Part shown: piece after piece, positions 1-14,160 of the stretch | Numbering within the stretch: position 1 is the stretch's first letter | Layout: each line of letters begins with the position of its first letter | Assembly: GCF_009914755.1 (NCBI RefSeq) | Contig: NC_060932.1 | Direction: 5' to 3' (one strand) | Origin: the human T2T-CHM13v2.0 reference genome, Homo sapiens | Length of the DNA stretch: 64,000 nt | Program-made: the position numbers and the translations under genes | The notes under the pieces: model-generated | What the model was told of the DNA's origin: nothing | What the model saw: only the letters and a program-made list of their open reading frames with translations | The model's database searches: none

Positions 1-121
1 TTCTGAGAACATTCTATTATTATTGTCACTGCGCATAATCTGAATGTTTCTATAGCTGCATTAACAAGCTTTTATAAATTTACTTATACAATTATATAAC
101 TTTTATCATCGTACCGCAGTT

Positions 122-950
122 AAAGTGGCTATTATCAAAAAGACAACAAACAACAGATACTGGTGAAGATGTGGAGAAAATGTACACTAGTACACTGTTG
201 GTGAAAATGTAAACTAGCACAGCCTCTATGGAAAACCGTATGGAGGTTTCTCAGACAATTAAAAATAGAACTACCATATGATCCAGCAACCCCACTACTG
301 GATATATATCCAATGAAAGTGCAATCAGTATGCCAAAGAGATTTCTGTATTTCCATATTCATTGCACCATTCTTCACAATAGCCAAGATATGGAGTCAAT
401 CTACCATTCATTGGCAGAATGAATGAAGAAAATGTGGCATATAAAAATAATGAAACAACTTCAGCCATAAAAGAATGAAAACCTGTCATTTGCAGCAACA
501 TTGATAGAACTGTAAGTCATTATGTTAAGTGAAACAAGCCAGGCACAGAAAGAAAAATATCACATGTTCTTAGCCATATGTGGGAGCTAGATAAGTGGAT
601 CCCATGAAGGTACAAAGTAGATGATGGTTACCAGAGGCTGGAAAGAATAGGAGGAAGAAGAAGATGAAGAGAGGTTGGTTAATGGGCACAAAAATACAGT
701 TAGAGAGAAGGAATAAGTTCTAGTGTTCAATAGCTCAGTAGGGTGACTATACTTAATAATAATTCATTGTATACTTCAAAATAGCTAGAATAGAGGATAT
801 GGAACATCCCTAACACAAAGAAATGATACATGTTTGAGGAAATGGAAATTCCAATTATCCTGACTTGATCATTACACATTGTGTACATGTATCAAAATAT
901 CACATGCACCCCATAGATATGTACAATTATTATGCATCAATTTTAAAAAT
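122..950 (+). mobile_element. L1 3' fragment (L1MA-like): ORF2 end plus 3'UTR
   Basis: ORF2 3' motifs (gaactaccatatgatccagcaacccca, cacaatagccaagatatgg) followed by an L1MA-type 3'UTR ending tatgtacaattattatgcatcaattttaaaa. Confidence 0.9.
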
Positions 951-1354
951 TGTGAAAAAGTCAGATATTCTCCAATTGGGATCAAAATTTAAACTGAATT
1001 CACTTTTGACCACAGATCTAAAAATAATAAGAATATCTGTTTATAATCTACTTCCAAAATGTCAAATAATCCATATGCATTTTTTATATATAGACATATT
1101 TATCATTTGTAAACTGTGTGAAGTTGTTTTTTTAACGTAAGAAAAGAGACTCTTCAGAAACTCCCACTGAATGGACAAGTGAAATAATTTACACCCTGAC
1201 CATCTTCCAAACAAAAAGTTGCTCTCCTCAAAAAACTTGGAATAATTTTTGCTATCCCAAATAAAATTGACCAAGACAAACGTACTTTACTGAAATTTAG
1301 AGTCATAGTTTTCTAAGTTTTCCTCAAAAGATGCTGTATCAGTATCCTGAGAAA

Positions 1355-1910
1355 TCATTTACTCAATTAAGAGATACCTAACAAATCTCTGCCACATGTA
1401 ATGCACAGTGCTACACAATGGAGCCACAATCGTGAATATAAAGGATATGAAGATCTTAAAAAGAAATAAAATTCTGTGGCAGAGAATAACTGGAAGGAGA
1501 ATAGGTAAGTGTTGTAAGGGATAAGCTTTGGCCTTTGGGCTAAGTAGGTTAACAGTTACGCAAACGGCATAGGGATGAGCATTTAAGGGAGGAAATTCAA
1601 TATATACAAAGGCCTTTCTTTAAGGAGGAGTTTGGTCTATTCAACAATCCAAAAGATTGCTAGCATGGCTAGAAGAGAGGGAAGAGCAAGAGCAGGAAGA
1701 GATGAGTGTGAAGAAGTAGCAAGAGCAACTAGGAAGTCTGTAGACAATGGAAAGGGATTTTGAATTCATTCTCAGAGCAAATGGAAGCTATAGGGGAGTT
1801 TAAGCAAAGAAGTAACATGATCTACATTTTTAAAAGATTGCTCTGACTCTCCAATATTGAATGATTTAGAGAAGGCCAGGAGTGGAAGCATGGAGACCAA
1901 TTAGGCAGAG
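1355..1910 (-). mobile_element. L2 fragment
   Basis: Degenerate antisense L2 motifs (gagttttaagcaaagaagtaacatgatctacatttttaaaagattgctctg); boundaries approximate. Confidence 0.6.
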
Positions 1911-1995
1911 ATATGTACTGCCACCATGCGCAGCTAGGTAAGTTATGCAGTGCACACATGCTTTAGATATGACAGCAGGTTAAAGTGAGAGATGG

Positions 1996-2351
1996 TGATA
2001 TAGTTTGGCTGTGTCCCCACCCAAACCTCACCTTGTATTGTAATAATCCCCAGATGTCAAGAGCAGGGCAAGGTTATGATAACTAAATCATGGAGGCAAT
2101 TCCCCCATACTGTTCTCCTGGTAGTGAATAAGTCTCATGAGATCTGATGGTTTTATAAATGGAAGTTCTCCTGCACAAGCTCTCTTGCCTGCCACCATAT
2201 AAGAGGTGACTTTGCTCCTCCTTCACTTTCTGCCATGATTGTGAGTCCTCCCCAGCCATCTGAAACTGTGTGTCCATTAAACCTCTTTTACTTTATAAAT
2301 TACCCAGTCTCAGGCATATCTTTATTAGCAATGTGAGAACAAACTAATACA
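1996..2351 (+). mobile_element. THE1 (ERVL-MaLR) solo LTR
   Basis: Starts tgatatagtttggctgtgtccccacccaa; ends ttataaattacccagtctcagg...aactaataca. Confidence 0.95.
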
Positions 2352-2479
2352 GTCAATAGTTGGGACTTTGGTGATGGCTGTGTAAAGGGGGAGAATGTAG
2401 GCACACACAGACACACATGCACACATATGATGAAATGAATAAGATTTACACGTACAGTCTGTGTGGGTAACAGAAAATG

Positions 2480-3200
2480 ATAAACAATAGTGTCTATTTT
2501 TCTGGCTTAGACTCCTGAGGAATTGATGGTACCATATGTAGGCATGAGAAATCATGCCTAACTTTGAACATATGAAAGTTGAGATTTTTATAACCCAACT
2601 GTGAGATGATATCAAAGATACATGAACTTGTAGTTCAGAGGAGAGGTTTATGTGGCCCTCTCTGTGAAATTGCGAAGAGCTAACCTATTTATGGCACTTA
2701 TGACCTTGGAAGAAAAGGGATCGCCTGGAGAGTGTACACTGAAACTGAGAAGTATTGAGCTTAGGCATAGGATCTGTTGGTACATGTACATTCTGGAGTT
2801 GCTTAGAGAAAGAAAAGTAAGCAAAGAAGACAACATGTGACCCATGATGTAAGAAGAGAACTATGAGTATGCGCAGTTGAAGCCAAGAGAAGTGAGTGTT
2901 ACAAGTAAGAGAAATAACCTGTGCAGAGGAGTGATATTGAGAGTTTTCAACATGGAGGTCAACCTTTCATCAGAGAACTTCAGTGGAGCATTGGAAATGC
3001 AAGCCAAATCAGAGTGAATTGATAGTGAATTGAAGCTGATGTGTGGAGAAGGGGAATTGGGGGAGAAAGCATGTAAATATAATACAAAGAAGTTAGGCTC
3101 TGAAGGGAAGGATAAAAATGAAGACAATAACCAGAAGTGGTAGATAAAGAGAATATTGCATTTTTAGATGAGAGATATTAGCATATGCCTGAATGTTTAT
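2480..3200 (-). mobile_element. L2 fragment
   Basis: Purine-rich degenerate L2 antisense sequence (tagttcagaggagagg, gaagccaagagaag, aagccaaatcagagtg); approximate. Confidence 0.55.
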
Positions 3201-3609
3201 TGGAATTCTGCACCACAACATTTTCTTTTTTCACCTCCTCATTATATGGGAAATACTTGCCTCTTTCTGGGATTGAGTGCCATTTGTAATGTGTTGCAAA
3301 GTCAAGAAACATCACATATTTGTAGAACAATAATCACTGAAATTCAGTTAAGAGGTTCTCATCTTGGTAGTTTAATAGGTTTGATAGTCATAGAGATGAT
3401 TTATTCTGAAATCAAACTGCTGACAGCTTCTTTCTTCTTCAGTCCTTCTTCACCTGCAGAAATTCAAAGACTTCTTCAGATGCATCCAAATGAAAAGGGA
3501 ATGATTCACCATCTAAGTCGAAAACGTAAAGAAAGAGGCACAAAGGGGTAAAAATGGGGAAAGGACATGGGGAGGAGGCTAAAGAGAAAAAGAATATTTA
3601 TTCTTAATG

Positions 3610-4060
3610 CATCTGGCTTCTTTCACTCCACATAAGGTCTTGAAATTTATCCTTGTTGTTTATCTGTAGTTTGTTCCCTTAAATTGTTGTATAGAATGAA
3701 TACCACAATTTTTTATTTAGCTATCCTCCTCTCGATAGACATGTAGTTTGTTTACATTTGAAGCCTGTTATAAATCATGATGCTGTGAGCTTTTCTCATA
3801 CATCTCTTGGTGGACATATGCATATATTTTCCTTGAGTACATACCCAGGATTGGAATTGTGGAGTGCTAGGGTAGGTGTATGTTAAGCTTTAGGAGATAC
3901 TGACAGAGTTTTCCAAAGTACTTGTTCCAATTCTAGGAATACGGAGAGTTTCATTTCTCCACAGTCTTGCCCACCGTTGGTGTTACCATTTTTTAAAAAA
4001 ATTTAGCTATCACCCTGACTGTGAGTGATATCTCATTGTGGTTTTAACTTTTGCTTTATT
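3610..4060 (-). mobile_element. Old L1M fragment (antisense ORF2 3' region)
   Basis: tctggcttctttcactc...atacccaggattggaattg...tctcattgtggttttaa. Confidence 0.8.
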
Positions 4061-6963
4061 GAAATTCATGTTTATTTAAAAGCTCCCTAGGTAATTATAC
4101 TATGCATGTGGGTTTGAAACCAGTGTTTTAACCATAGCATCAAAAAGTCAAACTGCACTTAGAGGTGTGTTTAAGCATTTGAGCTGGAAGGATAGGAAGT
4201 GTAAGAAACTGGAAGGAGATAGCACAATTTGGGCGCGCCAAAAGACTGGAAGGCTGCAGTGGAAAAGAGGAAGAACTAATGAGAGATGAACTCGAGGCCA
4301 AGATCATTGAGAATGTTGAAGTCACAACATTAATGTCAAAGCTTGGATGGTGAAGGGAAGAATCAATCTGAGCCGTAATTTAGACTGTTCAACGTTGAGA
4401 AAAGCATGGTTTGAGTTGGGTTCTTTATTCCCAGGAGTCTATCAAGATTTCATCAAGAGGAGGAGAGAAAGATCAAGAGCAAGGGATTTTTAATAAAAGA
4501 AAGCAGAAATAAATTGGAGCTGAGACAGTTACCCTAACCTTAGGTATGCAAGGAGCTAAAGAAAAGTCCTCCAGCTGTGAGGGCTTCATGGAGAGTGAGT
4601 TTCCAAGTACACATTCAGCTTTCAGTGAAATGAAGAAGATGAAAAGAGGAGATAAGGGCATTTGCTGAAAGCAGGTTAGAAATCCCAAAAAGCAGTGGGA
4701 AGAAAGTGAGTGAGGGTAGTGGGTGGACTGAGTCATGCAAAGGTTAGGACAGATAACATGCTTCCGGATGTCCTGGCTATGGGGGAGTAGAGGGGGATCT
4801 GTGCATCTGACAGTGTCGCAGTCAGTGGAAGGCATTGCACTGTGGGCTTCGTTCTAACGCTCCTTCCTTGAGGGTGGCTTTCTAGTCTCAGTAGTGTATT
4901 TTCTGAGGCTTTCCTCGTCATGTGGAGCTGTTCCCTAAAGCTCGTTTGGGACATATGACAGAGATTGGGAAATGATTTCCTTGGAAGAAAAAAAAATTAA
5001 GACTTTATGGACACGTGCATTTTAGAAATGCTAAACACCTAATAAATTTCACCCTTAAACATTCTTTGGAATGTCAAGTGGTTAAAAAGCATATCCAATT
5101 TTAATTTTGCTTGACCCCAAATTTTCCAAGATATTTGATTTCAGAACACGTTGAAGGATAATGGCTTCCACTGAACTCTCTATGAAAAACATTGACCTAA
5201 TATATTTATTCTTGATCTTAAATTACCTACTTGACACTCTTCTCCACATCACTCCAATCCATATAGCTTGATTCCTTTGACCACACTCAAGGCATAGTTC
5301 CTACATTTCCAACAGCAAAAACCTAAGGAGAACAACTTCAAAATCCAGCATTCCTCTGTAATAACTCTAAATCTATACTCTAACCCAAGCTCAGTAACTG
5401 AGCTCCTACCTTGACCTTGTGAGTGTGTCTAGTTTGCAAAATTCCAAGTGTCCTCTCTTTCCTATTTGATGCTTTGATTTCACAGCAAATCTTTTATTCC
5501 AGCCCATCCAAACACTAATACCACACCATGTTCATGTCAGTTCTTCTGGATGGCAACTTTGTCTTTCTTCCTGCTTCCCTCATAATTGTGAATTTTCACA
5601 GTTTTTCTTTTATTTGTTTTCCTGATATAGTCGTCACTATATCTTACTAGATAAAGAATCTACACTATTTTCATACAGCCTTTCTGCCTGACTTAGTTTC
5701 CTCTCCTCTTCCGTAGTTGATTTCACATGAGTACTTGCTTGCATGGTGCACAGGTCTGTTCCATGTTACCTCCTGAACTAACCTGCAATCCTGGTCCTGT
5801 GCATCCAATGTGAATGGTAGCTGGCTGCTTATTTTAGAACTGAGAACCACAATTAACTAAGAGCAGGCTAATAAGAGTAATTAGGTGAAAAACGATATAT
5901 CCCATTCCGAGTTTCATGAGATTTACTAATCATAAAAAAGAAAGTCGGAGGTGATATTGGTTTTACTCTTTTCACTTTTCTTTATTTGGGGGGGTTGGGG
6001 GCTCAGTGAAAATATGAGATAAATGCTCTTAACAGATGCTGTGCTGACACATAGGTTTCTCTTGTCAATGATATTTACCTGGATTACCTTCATTCAATTT
6101 GGATATTTCTTAGCAAAAATTCTGAAGAAATCACTTTCTACCATTTATACACACACTTATGAGTTTGACATAAACTGGCATTTCATGCTGTTCTGTGAGT
6201 GTCAGAATTCTGACACCAAAACCCAAAATCCCCCATTCTTAAATCATGACTGCCTTATCATCCTTGACAAAATTGAAAGCAAGAAACAAATTTTGGATCT
6301 AAGGTATGAAACTAACATGACATATTTGACCTTTGCAAAGTGGATGTGATGTGCAGACAGTAAAGGGATGTAGCAAAGCTTTAGAGTCTAGTACCTTGAC
6401 AATAACTAGGCAAAATGACATTGCCCATACATTCTCCAGATATTGATAAGAATCTGTGTATAAGTGAATATTTAGTTCTTGCTCATAATGAAATATGTTA
6501 ATACCAAATAATAATTGCTTATTTTCAAAATCATCTCAACATTAATGAAAATATTTTTAAAATAGTCACCCACATTGATTTATCTTACTTCCCTTCTGAT
6601 GTTAATTCATATGAGTCAGTTCAGCTCAATACAGCTTCACCCATGTGGTCCTTAAATTCCACCTAAATATCGCTCAGGCAGAACGTAGCTTGGAGGCTAT
6701 TAATAGCTTATATGCCAGTGCAGATCCTGGTGTCACCCCCACACCACACAGGTAAGTACCCAGAATTACTAACCCCTGGAGTGCTGCAATGAGAAACAAT
6801 AGTTTCTACTCCTTGGGAAGACAACCTGCCTATTTGACCCTTTATTCCATGTCTTGGGTGAAACGAAGCCGTAGTATATAACAGTTTAACATGCTGGCCT
6901 TGTATTAATACTTGAATGTGTTAGCTCTACCATTCACTAGGTATGTAACCTTTGAAAAAATTA

Positions 6964-7380
<417 letters not shown>

Positions 7381-7459
7381 CTAAAGAATAAGTGCCATCC
7401 TTGTGGTAGGGTACACAGGGCTCTTCATAATATGGTTCCTGCCTTTCCAATCCACACTC

Positions 7460-7640
7460 AGACTCCAGCTAGGCCCAATCTCTAACCATGACTTGCTGTG
7501 CAAACTTGAATACATTTCTGGCCTCTCTGAACTCCAGTTTCCATATCCATAAAACAGATATTTTAATACTGTATACTTACCATAGATATTATGCTCAAAA
7601 TAAAGCCTGGTTCACATAAATTCTCAGAAAATATTAGTTA
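7460..7640 (+). mobile_element. MIR fragment
   Basis: gacttgctgtgcaaacttg...cctctctgaactccagtttccatatccataaaa MIR core. Confidence 0.6.
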
Positions 7641-10600
7641 TGATTATCATTAGTACTCAATTATTTTTATTCTTTTTGTTATCCTTTCATAGTTATGGCA
7701 GACCTTGTCCAAACATGACTGTGGACAAACACAGATGGAAAATATCTAGGTCCTAACAATGCAGAAACAGGTAATGCATGACTATGTACGAATTTCAGGA
7801 AAAAAACATGAAAATTAGGCCCAAGAATGTGGCTTGATAAAGAGTAGCATTACTGGTTTACATGGAAGCACGAACCATTTCCAGGCAACAGTATGGTTTT
7901 TATGGGACTGAGAAGGCCAGAGCCTGGGACCCCCTTTGCCAAAGGCTCCTAGGACCATGTGGATATCTCACTTGTCAAGTGCTGCTGGCTGCCACTGTCA
8001 ACCAACGAGAATTACCAGGGAGACCTTGAGAAGCAATGCTTGCGCAGCTCTCCAAGCTCTATCACATCCTTGAGATGCCTAATGAAGCTTGTGAGCAAAA
8101 TCCATCACTGTCCTTGAGGTGCATTTTCATCCACGAACCCAGCCTGATAACTTGGATGTGCCTCCCCATGCCTTTGCTGCTCCACCTGCCTGAAAGTCCA
8201 GTTCCCCTGTGACCTGCTCTTTTTCATCTAAAACCCTGCCATCCTTTATTTTTCCAACAACTAAACTTAATAGCAAACTTCAGTGAAATCTATCGATCGT
8301 AAAGCTGGGTAAAGCAGTGATGTGATAAGATATCCTCCTGCTGTTCATTTTTAAATCTGTTTAGAAAATGCATTTAAGCAGTTTGCTGTCCCTGAAAAAA
8401 ATAATTCTTTAAAAGGCTTAGTTCTAACTGCATTTGTGAGACAGCTCTCCCAGCCCCTTACTCCCAGGCTCAGATCAAGAATTGCTGTTTATAACACTAA
8501 TCGCAAGGACTCTTTCCTTCCAGACCCTTGGATCTAAGTATCCTTTGGAGCTTTCAGCTGTAAGCATAGACTTCTTCCTATTCTTCTCTTTGCTGACATA
8601 AGATAATATGAACTGATCTGAGAGGAATATGTTATTGTTTTCTGTTCTATTGTGAATGTTAATTAGAAAAAATAATGATATCTTTTCTCTTCTGCTTCTC
8701 ATTACATTTTCTGCAACATGGAAACAGGAACTCTTACTCCGGGATTCAAACAGTGCCAGGCCCATTGTAAGTTGAACAAAAAACTCACTATTAATGAATA
8801 AATGGATGAATACATGAATGATGTTGTTTTTCTGTCTTCTTTGCCTTAATGTAGGTGAGCAAAAAAAAAAAAACATTAGAAATGATAGTGTCTAAATGTA
8901 GATATGAGGTGCCTACATTTCTTTCTTTGTAACTGTATTTTAATCTAAATGTTTTTTCCACTCCTAAATAAAGTTTTCTGCCATATTCACAGCTGGCTAA
9001 AGGAGATTTTGCACAAATGGTTGTATATGCATGTTTAACTTGAGCTAAGACGTCAATATTCATACAGCTCCACCTCATTAAATCCACCTTCCAAGTGACT
9101 TGAACTGTGTAAGATGTATTTTTTGAGGGTCTCCAAATTGTGCCAGTGTCAGCAATCAAGCACCTGTTAGTCATCATGGGCCCAGTTCACCTCTCTGAGC
9201 TATTGCTCACCGTTCTGACAGGCAAGGTTTCTGACAGGCAAGCTGAAGGTGACAAGGATGGGTGTTTTGAGAGTGGAATGCAGCAGGGCACTCACCTCTG
9301 CCAGATTGCGTGCACGAGGCTCTGAGGATGTGAGGTCACACTGCCAACAGCCATGATGGATGTGTGGGCCGCAGTGCCCTTAATTGGGTGCACATGCTCT
9401 GGCATCGCTGTTCCCCGATTACCACTGTGTGGGCCGATCAGCACTAGGCTGGAGCACAGCACTTTCAGGGGAAGAACATATGGGAAGTACAGATGTTCAA
9501 AGGGTGGCTTCACCCCTTGTGCAGCCAGAAACCCTCCTTCAAGAATTACCATACCCTATGTTGAGCAAGAATATGCAGGAAGGTTCCAAATAAAAGTGCC
9601 ATCTGAGGAAGAATCTGATCATTTTCTTTTCAGGGACTCCCTACTTGGTGTTCCTATTAGACACCATGACCTTAAAAGTTGTTGTCATTGAAACACACAA
9701 ACACAGTCTTTCTATGAAGAAAAGAAAAGATTTCAATACTATTGCATACCAGAGATAATCATCAAAGGTTCCCCCATAGCAAGTAGAGTTGAAGCAATCC
9801 ACATGTTACCAGGTCACATAATTTATCAATATATATTATTACATTATTCATTACCTATTCATGTATTAATTAAACAAGCTTATGAAGCATTTACAATAGA
9901 CCAAAAATAGTAAAGGGATAATAGACGTAGGCACAGAGTAAAATGAAGACTAAAAGAAGAAATTCATTCACTTACAAAGGACACAATGTGGCATAGTGAA
10001 ATGTAAATTAGATGACAGCTAAATAATTAGTCCCAATTCTTCCAAGAATTAGCTGTGCTCCCTGGGCCTCAGTTTTTTCACTCAGAGCTAATCATATTCA
10101 ACTAAATGATTACAAATGTCCTTTCCAGCCCTAAAACGTTATGAATTTATATCCTTTATCTTTCTTATCATGTAGTCAATGTATTCACCCACTTGTGAGT
10201 TTTGTGAATCTCATCACCTAATCTGGGCCAAGCCTAGTTCTAGGTGGTGAAGATACTCTTGCCATAAGACACCTGAGCTTACATTCCGGTGCAGCAAGCT
10301 GAATTTTCAAATACAAGTCAACAACACAGATTCAAGGAGTCATTAAAACAGTGAATAAAAGTAAAACAAGGAAATTGAATAGAGAGCAACTGTTAATTAA
10401 TTTCACGAGGGTGGTCAAGTAGATGGAGCTATCACATTTTAGTAGGAAGGTACCAACCATACACATGAACACTAATAAATTAAGATAATTTATAACAGCA
10501 GTATGTCTCAATAAGTCTTTTTTTAAAAGGGGTGGAACCATAGCTCATGTTAGATATGAGTTACCTTCAAATATTCTCCATGTATCTTTTCTATACTGTG

Positions 10601-12395
10601 ATCTGTGTTGAAAGAGAAGGTCCAATTTGGAACATGCCACTCATGGGGTGAAAAAATGGCAAGTTAAGCTGAATCACATTCTTACATTTAAAGTTTCTGC
10701 TTTGATGGGATGGGTGTCACTATCTTTTGTCGGTCAAACCAAGGTGAATATACTACTCCTCCCTTCAGAAGGAGGACGTGAAGTGTATATTTGTCTGCAG
10801 TAATAAATACTATAACAAATCTTAAAAATCTTAATTTTCCATGCACCTTAAGCTGATTTTACTAACATTTCAACAGATTTGTCAAACACCTTTTGACTGT
10901 GCTTAATAGACAAATTTATTAGATTGTGTGTTAATCTCTTTGGCTTTCCCCTGGAGCTCTTCTTCCCAGATGTTTCTTGAGTATGTCAACCCAAATAGTT
11001 GTTGACAACTAGGATATCCTGTCAACACTTTTTGTGTTCGCTTAGGATCCTTGGATCCAATGTCTTCTTTTAAGAAAATCTCGTGTCAAAAGTTCATCAT
11101 ACAGGTTATAGGATATGTTACATTTTATTTTTACAACTGCAATTGGAAAATATTTGAACTATCCTTAGTATATCCAAATGTATGTTATACACATAGATAG
11201 AATATTGTATTTAGGAGTGGAAAAGGAAATTACAGATAATTAAAACCAGGTGTTTTTAAAAGAAATTTATTAAGTTGAAACTTCTTTTTACATATAGCTT
11301 ATCTAAAATGTCTCTCTGGGTCACATTTTTTATGTTTTTTGTATCTAATTATTCTACCAAAATATTAGTTTCTTGCTATGCTGGAAGTATTATCAGCTAG
11401 ATTAAAATGTCTAAAGTTGTTACGATATGTTTCCTGTTTGACAGCATGATAAAATATTTTTCCATGAAAAAATATCTACAATTATACTCTTTCAGTATAG
11501 ATATTCTCGATTAAAATTTACAAAATATTTTTATTGCCTTCCTTAATTGATTATAATTATTCTAAACTAACAAAAATATTAACTGTCTGTTTCTTAAATA
11601 GTTTGTGTAAGCAATCAGCAAAGTCCATAGACTAGATCTTACCTCCTAAGGAGCACATGAACTCAAGTTGGCACTTGTTAAAAGAGCGGATATGTCATTA
11701 AAATAAGTTTACTTTTTAGTGAATAAATTTTCTAAGAATGACAATTACCAGATTATTTACACCAATTATTATGAAATGGTTTCTTTTAGATCCTCCATAA
11801 AAGGGAAGCAATTAAAAATTGCTTTAGAATTCAGTCGTAGATTACATTTAGAAAATAATCACCAACTAGTTTAATATTGCAAAGTTATAAGAATGTAAGA
11901 AATCATTACTTGAAATTGAAAACTGCATAATTAGGTTTCAAATATTTGAAATACTGTCTTCCTAAATTAATGATACTTAACTTATATATTTGTGTCTTTG
12001 CTTATATTGAATTTCTGAACATAATGAATCACCAAAAGTATGGGATTAGGAAAATATTACCTGGTAAACCAGTTAGCACGTTTTGAATAGTTAGGAGAAT
12101 TTTCCTTTCCCTCATATAGCCCAAGAACTCCCGGTTAATGCCTTCAGTTCTTTCCAAGGTCTTTTCATCCTTTGTCTCAGTAACTTTTTCTTTCTTACCA
12201 CTGACCACTTTAAAGTAGGGGAATAGAACAATGGGTGTGGAGAGAGGCAATGTGTTCTGGCTCTGAGAGTCCCTGAACAAGAGTTCTTACAGGAAATGAC
12301 AAGCATTCAAGCCCTGACATCTCTATACTAGGCCATTCTCAGGGCTTTATTTGCAGCAAGCAACCTTAAGGGATGAGAAAACGTCTCCCTTTGGG

Positions 12396-13002
12396 AACTA
12401 GTTCAACCATTGTGGAAGTCAATGTGGTGTTTCCTCAGGGATCTAGAACTAGAAATACCATTTGACCCAGCCATCCCATTACTGGGTATATACCCAAAGG
12501 ATTATAATTCACACTGCTATAAAGACACATGCACACATATGTTTATTGCAGCACTACTCACAATAGCAAAGACTTGGAACCAACCCACATGTCCAAAAAA
12601 GATAGACTGGATTAAGAAAATGTGGCACATATACACCATGGAATACTATGCAGCCATAAAAAAGGATGAGTTCATGTCCTTTGTAGGGACATGGATGAAG
12701 CTGGAAACCATCATTCTCAGCAAACTATCACAAGGACAGAAAACCAAACACCGCACGTTCTCACTCATAGGTGGGAATTGAACAATGAGAACACTTGGAC
12801 ATAGGAAGGGGAACATCACACACCGGGGCCTGTTGTGGGGTGGGGGGAGGGGGGAGGGATAGCATTAGGAGATATACCTAATTAATGTAAATGACGAGTT
12901 AATGGGTGCAGCACACCAACATGGCACATGTATACATAGGTAACAAACCTACACACTGTGCACATGTACCCGAAAACTTAAAGTATTAAAAAAAAAAAAA
13001 AA
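12396..13002 (+). mobile_element. 5'-truncated young L1PA (L1PA3/4-like), about 600 bp
   Basis: ORF 12410-12781 is the L1 ORF2p C-terminus (EIPFDPAIPLLGIYPK...FSLIGGN); G-rich 3'UTR, polyA tail; TSD gtctccctttggg at 12383-12395 and 13003-13015. Confidence 0.97.
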
Positions 13003-13432
13003 GTCTCCCTTTGGGAAAAAGAGCAAGCTTGTATTCTTGACTTTGGGACCTGTAGGTAGTCAACATTCTGGGTTCTTACATTCTTCTAAAGAGGGTTGTT
13101 TTGTTTTTGTTGTTTTAGCAGGCATTAATTAATAATGTACCTAATTTCAAACTGAAAAATCTGTCTCCTGGGCAATGGCTGGAGCTCAAATTTCAGTTTA
13201 GTTTTTAGCCTTGGCTGGATTGCTTCGATACTCCACCATAGTAGAAGGTACAGGGATCAGCCAGAAATTTGGGTAGAGTTTATACAAAAGATATGGGTTT
13301 CCTCCCTGCCTTCTGGATCTTTCCTTTCTGGGATTTCTTCCACACATTTCTACTGGCTATGATTGACCCAATCTTTGTTCCCTAGTTCTTCAAGCCACCA
13401 AAAATGAGAAATGTTATCAAATGTTAGCCAGC

Positions 13433-14160
13433 TACTATAATCTGAATGTATCCCCCCAAACTCATGTGTTGAAATTAAATAGTGTGATAGTATTAAGAGG
13501 GGGGAACATTTCAGAGGTGATTAAGTCATGAAGGCGGAACTCTCATAGATAGGATTAGAGCCCCTACAAATAGGGCTTAAGACAAACTAACACAGGAACA
13601 GAAAACCAAACACCACATGTTCTCACTCATAAGTGGGAGTAGAACAATGAGAACACATGGACACAGGGAGGAGAACATCACACACCGGGGCCTGTTGGGG
13701 GTGCGGGGCTAAGGAAGGGATAGCACTAGGAGAAATACCTAATGTACATGAGGGATTGATGGGTCCAGCAAACCACCATGGCATGTGTATACCTAAGTAA
13801 CAAACCTGCACGTTCTGCACATGTATCCCAGAACTTACAGTATATAAAAAAAAAAAACAGGAAAAAATTAAAAATAAATAAATAAAAGGGCTTGAGAGAC
13901 TGGATTCATTCTGTCCTGCTCTTCTGTTGAGAACTCAGTGCTCTTTCCTTTTTTGCCCTTCTACATCTTGCCATGTGAGGATACCATTTCACCCCTTCTG
14001 CCATGTGAGGACAGAGGAAGAGGACCCTCATAAGACACCAAATGCCAGTGCCTTGCTCAATGACTTCCCATTCTCCAAAAGTGAGACAGATAAATTTCTA
14101 TCATTTACAAACTACCCAGTCTCAACTATTTTGGTATAACAGCACAATCAGACTAAGACA
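13433..14160 (+). mobile_element. ERVL-MaLR solo LTR (MST/MLT1A-like), interrupted by an L1
   Basis: Starts tactataatctgaatgtatccccccaaactcatgtgttg; ends cagactaagaca; flanks ccagc/ccacc. Confidence 0.85.
13583..13885 (+). mobile_element. L1PA (PA7/8-like) 3' end nested in the MaLR LTR
   Basis: caaactaacacaggaacagaaaaccaaacacc...tatcccagaactta, A-rich tail; imperfect TSD around agggctt. Confidence 0.9.

Noticed and set aside
1920-1943. GCCACCATG Kozak context followed by AG|GTAAGT
   Set aside because: Reads ATG CGC AGC TAG (MRS*) before the donor; lies among repeat relics with no promoter evidence
3168-3551. 127-aa ORF with a basic C-terminus and an internal acceptor-like ttcacctgcag
   Set aside because: No recognisable homology, weak donor (GG|GTAAAA), begins in L2-derived sequence, no partner exons
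9140-9691. Four overlapping ORFs suggesting coding potential
   Set aside because: Explained by locally higher GC content; no recognisable domain in any frame
12410-12781. 123-aa ORF as a gene
   Set aside because: C-terminal remnant of L1 ORF2p in a 5'-truncated, promoterless copy
12825-12858. G-quadruplex-capable G-runs
   Set aside because: Ordinary L1PA 3'UTR feature
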